Part shown: positions 60,609 through 64,000 of the stretch, in pieces
How the letters are laid out: each line of letters opens with the position of its first letter
Position numbering within the stretch: the first letter of the stretch is position 1
NCBI GenBank assembly: GCA_963716255.1
Contig: OY970303.1
Location: forward strand, 3,680,001 to 3,744,000
Direction: 5' to 3'
Source of the DNA: an uncultured Gemmatimonadales bacterium
GTDB taxonomy: Bacteria > Gemmatimonadota > Gemmatimonadetes > Longimicrobiales > Longimicrobiaceae
Length of the DNA stretch: 64,000 nt
The notes under the pieces: generated by a model
Told to the model about the DNA's origin: nothing
Database searches by the model: none
What the model saw: only the letters and a program-made list of their open reading frames with translations
Translations under genes and position numbers: made by a program

Positions 60609-62555
60609 ATGCGAAAGACATCGTGGGGATGGAGCATCGCGCTGGTGCTGGGCACGGCGGCCACGCTGGCCGCCGCCCCCGCGCTGGGGACGGGACCCCG
60701 TCCGGCCGGGGTGGTGGTCACGGGGCGGGTGCTGGACGCGGCGAGCGCAGGGCCGCTCCAGGGGGCGATGGTGCAGGTGGCGGGGACGAGCCACCGCACG
60801 GTGAGCGGCGCCGACGGCGGCTACCGCCTGGTGGTCGCCCAGGACGTGCCGCGGGGCGGCAGGCTCACCCTGGAGGCGACGCTGATCGGCTACGAGACGC
60901 TCCGGGAGGAAGTGCGGGTCACCGGCGCGGAGGTGCGGCGCGACCTGCACCTGCGCTCGGCCACGCTGGCGCTGGGGGAACTGGTGGTCACCGGCGCGGA
61001 CGCGAGCCGGGCGCCGCGCCGCGAGCGGACGGCGAACGTGGGCTCGCCCCCCCCGTCCATGGCGCCCCCTCCGCCGCCTGCGCCCGCGACCGCCGGGACG
61101 GGAGCCCGCCCCGACTGGAACACGGAAGCGTACGGCCTCATCGAGGAGAACGCCTTCCTGGCGGCCGACCGCAACCCGCTCTCCACCTTCTCCATCGACG
61201 TGGACCGCGCCTCGTACAGCAACGTCCGCCGCTTCCTCCTGGATGGCCAGCTCCCCCCGAAGGACGCGGTGCGCATCGAGGAGATGGTCAACTACTTCTC
61301 CTACGACCACCCGGAGCCCCGCGGCGAGCACCCCTTCTCGGTGGTGACGGAGGTGGCCGCAGCCCCCTGGGCCCCCGAGCACCGGCTGCTGCGCATCGGG
61401 GTGCACAGCCCGCGGGTGGAGATGGACCGGCTCCCCCCCAGCAACCTGGTGTTCCTGCTCGACGTTTCCGGCTCCATGGACAGCCCCGACAAGCTCCCGC
61501 TGGTGAAGCAGTCGCTGCGCATGCTGGTGGACCAGCTCCGCCCGCAGGACCGGGTGGCCCTGGTGGTGTACGCCGGCGCGGCGGGGCTGGTGCTTCCCTC
61601 CACCCCCGGCAGCGAGCGGGGGCGCATCCTCGACGCCCTGGAGCGCCTGGAGGCGGGGGGCTCCACCGCGGGGGGCGCGGGGCTCCGGCTGGCTTACGAG
61701 GTGGCCCGGGAGAACCACCTCCCCGGCGGGAACAACCGGGTGATCCTCGCCACCGACGGCGACTTCAACGTGGGGGTCTCGAGCGACGCGGAGATGATCC
61801 GCCTGGTGGAGGACAGGCGCGGGCAGGGGACGTTCCTGACCGTGCTCGGCTTCGGGACGGGGAACCTGAAGGATTCCAAGATGGAGCAGATGGCCGACCA
61901 CGGCAACGGCAACTACGCCTACATCGACAACCTGCTGGAGGCCCGCAAGGTCCTGGTGAGCGAGATGGGCGGGACGCTCCTCACCGTCGCAAAGGACGTC
62001 AAGCTGCAGGTGGAGTTCAACCCGGCTCGGGTGCGGGCGTACCGCCTGATCGGCTACGAGAACCGGCTGCTGGCCGCCGAGGACTTCAACGACGACCGCA
62101 AGGACGCCGGGGAGCTGGGCGCCGGGCACTCGGTGGTGGCGCTCTACGAGGTGGTCCCCGTGGGGGCGCCCGGGAGCGCCGCGCGCGGGGTGGACTCGCT
62201 CCGCTACCAGACGCCCGCCCGCCGCTCCGCGGGCTCCGGCGGCGGGGAGCTGGCCTTCGTCAAGGTGCGCTACAAGCGCCCGGCCGAGGAGACCAGCCGG
62301 CTCATGCAGCACGCGGTGGCGGAGGTTTCCGGCCCTCCCTCGCGGAACCTTTCCTTCGCCGCGGCGGTGGCCGGCTTCGGGATGCTCCTGCGCGATTCGG
62401 AGCACGCCGGGCGCCTGACTCCGCAGCAGGTCCTGGCCCTCGCGCGGGACGCGCGCGGCGAGGACCGGGAGGGGTACCGCGCGGAGTTCATCCGCCTGGT
62501 GGAGCTCTTCCGCGGCCTCAAGGAGGCCCGCGGGGCGGGGGACGCCGGGCGCTGA
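60609..62555 (+). CDS. Secreted vWA-domain protein (YfbK-like) with N-terminal carboxypeptidase-regulatory-like domain
   Basis: PLSTFSIDVDRASYSNVRR, MIDAS LLDVSGSM, ATDGDFNVG, YRLIGYENR. Confidence 0.93.
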   Translation: MRKTSWGWSIALVLGTAATLAAAPALGTGPRPAGVVVTGRVLDAASAGPLQGAMVQVAGTSHRTVSGADGGYRLVVAQDVPRGGRLTLEATLIGYETLREEVRVTGAEVRRDLHLRSATLALGELVVTGADASRAPRRERTANVGSPPPSMAPPPPPAPATAGTGARPDWNTEAYGLIEENAFLAADRNPLSTFSIDVDRASYSNVRRFLLDGQLPPKDAVRIEEMVNYFSYDHPEPRGEHPFSVVTEVAAAPWAPEHRLLRIGVHSPRVEMDRLPPSNLVFLLDVSGSMDSPDKLPLVKQSLRMLVDQLRPQDRVALVVYAGAAGLVLPSTPGSERGRILDALERLEAGGSTAGGAGLRLAYEVARENHLPGGNNRVILATDGDFNVGVSSDAEMIRLVEDRRGQGTFLTVLGFGTGNLKDSKMEQMADHGNGNYAYIDNLLEARKVLVSEMGGTLLTVAKDVKLQVEFNPARVRAYRLIGYENRLLAAEDFNDDRKDAGELGAGHSVVALYEVVPVGAPGSAARGVDSLRYQTPARRSAGSGGGELAFVKVRYKRPAEETSRLMQHAVAEVSGPPSRNLSFAAAVAGFGMLLRDSEHAGRLTPQQVLALARDARGEDREGYRAEFIRLVELFRGLKEARGAGDAGR

Positions 62556-62600
62556 GGCGCGGGCCGGGCTTCAGGACCGGCTGCGCAGGTACGTGACGAC

Positions 62601-62632
62601 GGGAGCCCCCCGCCTCCGGGCGGGGGGCTCCC
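62601..62632. terminator. Hairpin between convergent genes
   Basis: GGGAGCCCCCCGCC/GGCGGGGGGCTCCC 14-bp stem. Confidence 0.6.
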
Positions 62633-62724
62633 TATCGAGGTGCGGTCCGTCGGATCCGGCGGGCGCCGCGCCGCGAGCAGCCCGACCTCGGTCATGCGTC
62701 CACCGGCAGGCCGACCTCCCTGCG

Positions 62725-62955
62725 TCAGGCGGCGTCCATCGCCCGGACGTGCAGGATCTCGCCCTTCACCATCGGGCGGACCTCATCCCCGCGAAGCGTG
62801 AGGATCGCGACGGTGCTGCCCTCCGCCGTCGCGAACTCCACCTCGTAGGCTGCCCCATCCGCATAACGGTGGACGACGGCTCCCACATCGCCCTCCCTGA
62901 GTTCGTGCTCCGGAACATCCCGAGTGAGCACGACCGGATCCAGCTCACGAATCAT
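62725..62955 (-). CDS. DUF4926 domain protein
   Basis: ELDPVVLTRDVPEHELREGDVGAVVH...AYEVEF. Confidence 0.9.
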   Translation of the reverse strand: MIRELDPVVLTRDVPEHELREGDVGAVVHRYADGAAYEVEFATAEGSTVAILTLRGDEVRPMVKGEILHVRAMDAA

Positions 62956-63308
62956 GATTCCTCGCTTTCGTTTCGGAACGGGTAGGCAGTCACGAACCTG
63001 GGATGGTCCTCTCCCGGCTCCACGATCCAGACGGTGCGCACCTGTACACGAGTCCCACCTGGAGCGTCCAGGCTCCCATCCACAATGTACTTCGTTCCGT
63101 GCACGGACGTGACGGACTCCGACACCGGTTGCGACGTGGCGATCGCGACCAGGCCACGCTCGAGCTCCAGCGCGGTAGACTCATCGAAACCGAGGCGCCG
63201 GAAGAATTTCGCTTTCGCTCCACCTACCGGATGCGAGAGCGAGAGGAGGTAGTTCGTCAGCTTGGAGAGCGGTACTCGGGCGTCCGCTGCGTTCGGGAGC
63301 TTCGTCAT
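62952..63308 (-). CDS. DUF6883-like protein (partner of DUF4926)
   Basis: KLPNA...KLTNYLLSLSHPVGGAKAKFF...VRTVW...PRFVTAYP; ATGA overlap. Confidence 0.85.
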   Translation of the reverse strand: MTKLPNAADARVPLSKLTNYLLSLSHPVGGAKAKFFRRLGFDESTALELERGLVAIATSQPVSESVTSVHGTKYIVDGSLDAPGGTRVQVRTVWIVEPGEDHPRFVTAYPFRNESEES

Positions 63309-63414
63309 CCCGTTTCCTCGGTAAATCGCGAGCACGATCTACGGTTGAAGCTGGACCGGACCGGTTTCCGATGCAAGCGGTCAGGAGGCAATTGCGGTGT
63401 CGACGGCCGCAACC

Positions 63415-64000
63415 TCACGCCCGCTCCCGCCGCAGCGCGTAGTTCAGCCCGCCCACCCGGTACCAGTTGTACCCGAACGCCCCCACCACCAGGCGGTGCA
63501 CGCCTTTGTCGTCGGCGGCGCTCTCCTCCTCGGCGAGCAGGCTCACCAGCCGCTCCCCGCCCTCCACGTCCACCCGGACCACCAGCTCGTGCGGCCGGGC
63601 GTCGAAGTTGTGCACCACCACCAGCGAGTTGCCGCGCCAGTCGTAGCGCATCGCCAGCGCCTCCGCGCAGCCGGTGTCCAGGATCTCCCAGCTCCCCCAG
63701 CCGATCTCCGGACACTCCTTGCGCAGCCGGATCATGCGCGCCGTCCAGTTGAGGAGCGAGTCCGGGTCGCGGCGCTGCGCCTCCACGTTGACCCGGCCGT
63801 AGCCCCACACCCCGTCGTCGATCACCGGCTCCACCGTCTTCGCCGCCGTGGAGAAGCCGCCGTGCGGCTCGGCCGACCACTGCATGGGGGTGCGCACCGC
63901 GTCGCGCTCCGGGAGCGACAGGTCGTCGCCCATGCCGATCTCGTCGCCGTAGCGGATCACCGGCGTCCCCGGCAGGGAAAAGAGCAGGCTGTTGGCCAGC
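63415..64000 (-). CDS. Alpha-amylase/trehalose synthase-like GH13 protein, C-terminal part
   Basis: LFSLPGTPVIRYGDEIGMGD, RTPMQW, VNVEAQRRDPDSLLNW. Confidence 0.9.
   Translation of the reverse strand, partial: LANSLLFSLPGTPVIRYGDEIGMGDDLSLPERDAVRTPMQWSAEPHGGFSTAAKTVEPVIDDGVWGYGRVNVEAQRRDPDSLLNWTARMIRLRKECPEIGWGSWEILDTGCAEALAMRYDWRGNSLVVVHNFDARPHELVVRVDVEGGERLVSLLAEEESAADDKGVHRLVVGAFGYNWYRVGGLNYALRRERA

Overview
A very GC-rich bacterial chromosomal window. Gene content (SusD-like protein, DUF5916, DUF4097, many lipoproteins, lineage-type TPR/HTH hypotheticals) suggests Gemmatimonadota, possibly Longimicrobium-like; this is inferred, not searched. It holds about 58 plausible protein genes, including prfC, uppP, two cfa paralogues, a fused hydantoinase/oxoprolinase, an M1 peptidase, two ECF sigma/anti-sigma pairs, a close AAC(3)-IV homologue, toxin-antitoxin-type genes and a lower-GC DUF4062-STAND-TPR gene broken by an in-frame TAA. 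No tRNA, rRNA, CRISPR array, transposase or integrase was seen. Three signals stand out. (1) A ~130-bp dispersed non-coding element (11 full and 3 partial copies) with compensatory base changes in six helices; 11 of 14 copies start 10-40 nt after a stop codon in sense orientation. (2) A candidate peptide-signalling locus at 41.3-44.9 kb: a TPR protein, a convergent 49-aa lipobox peptide absent from the ORF track, and a divergent AraC-type regulator with a sensor-less histidine kinase-receiver hybrid. (3) A small protein ending in CPPMC followed by an orphan 7-TM protein at 53.3-54.5 kb. All family assignments come from motif recognition by eye; no database searches were run.
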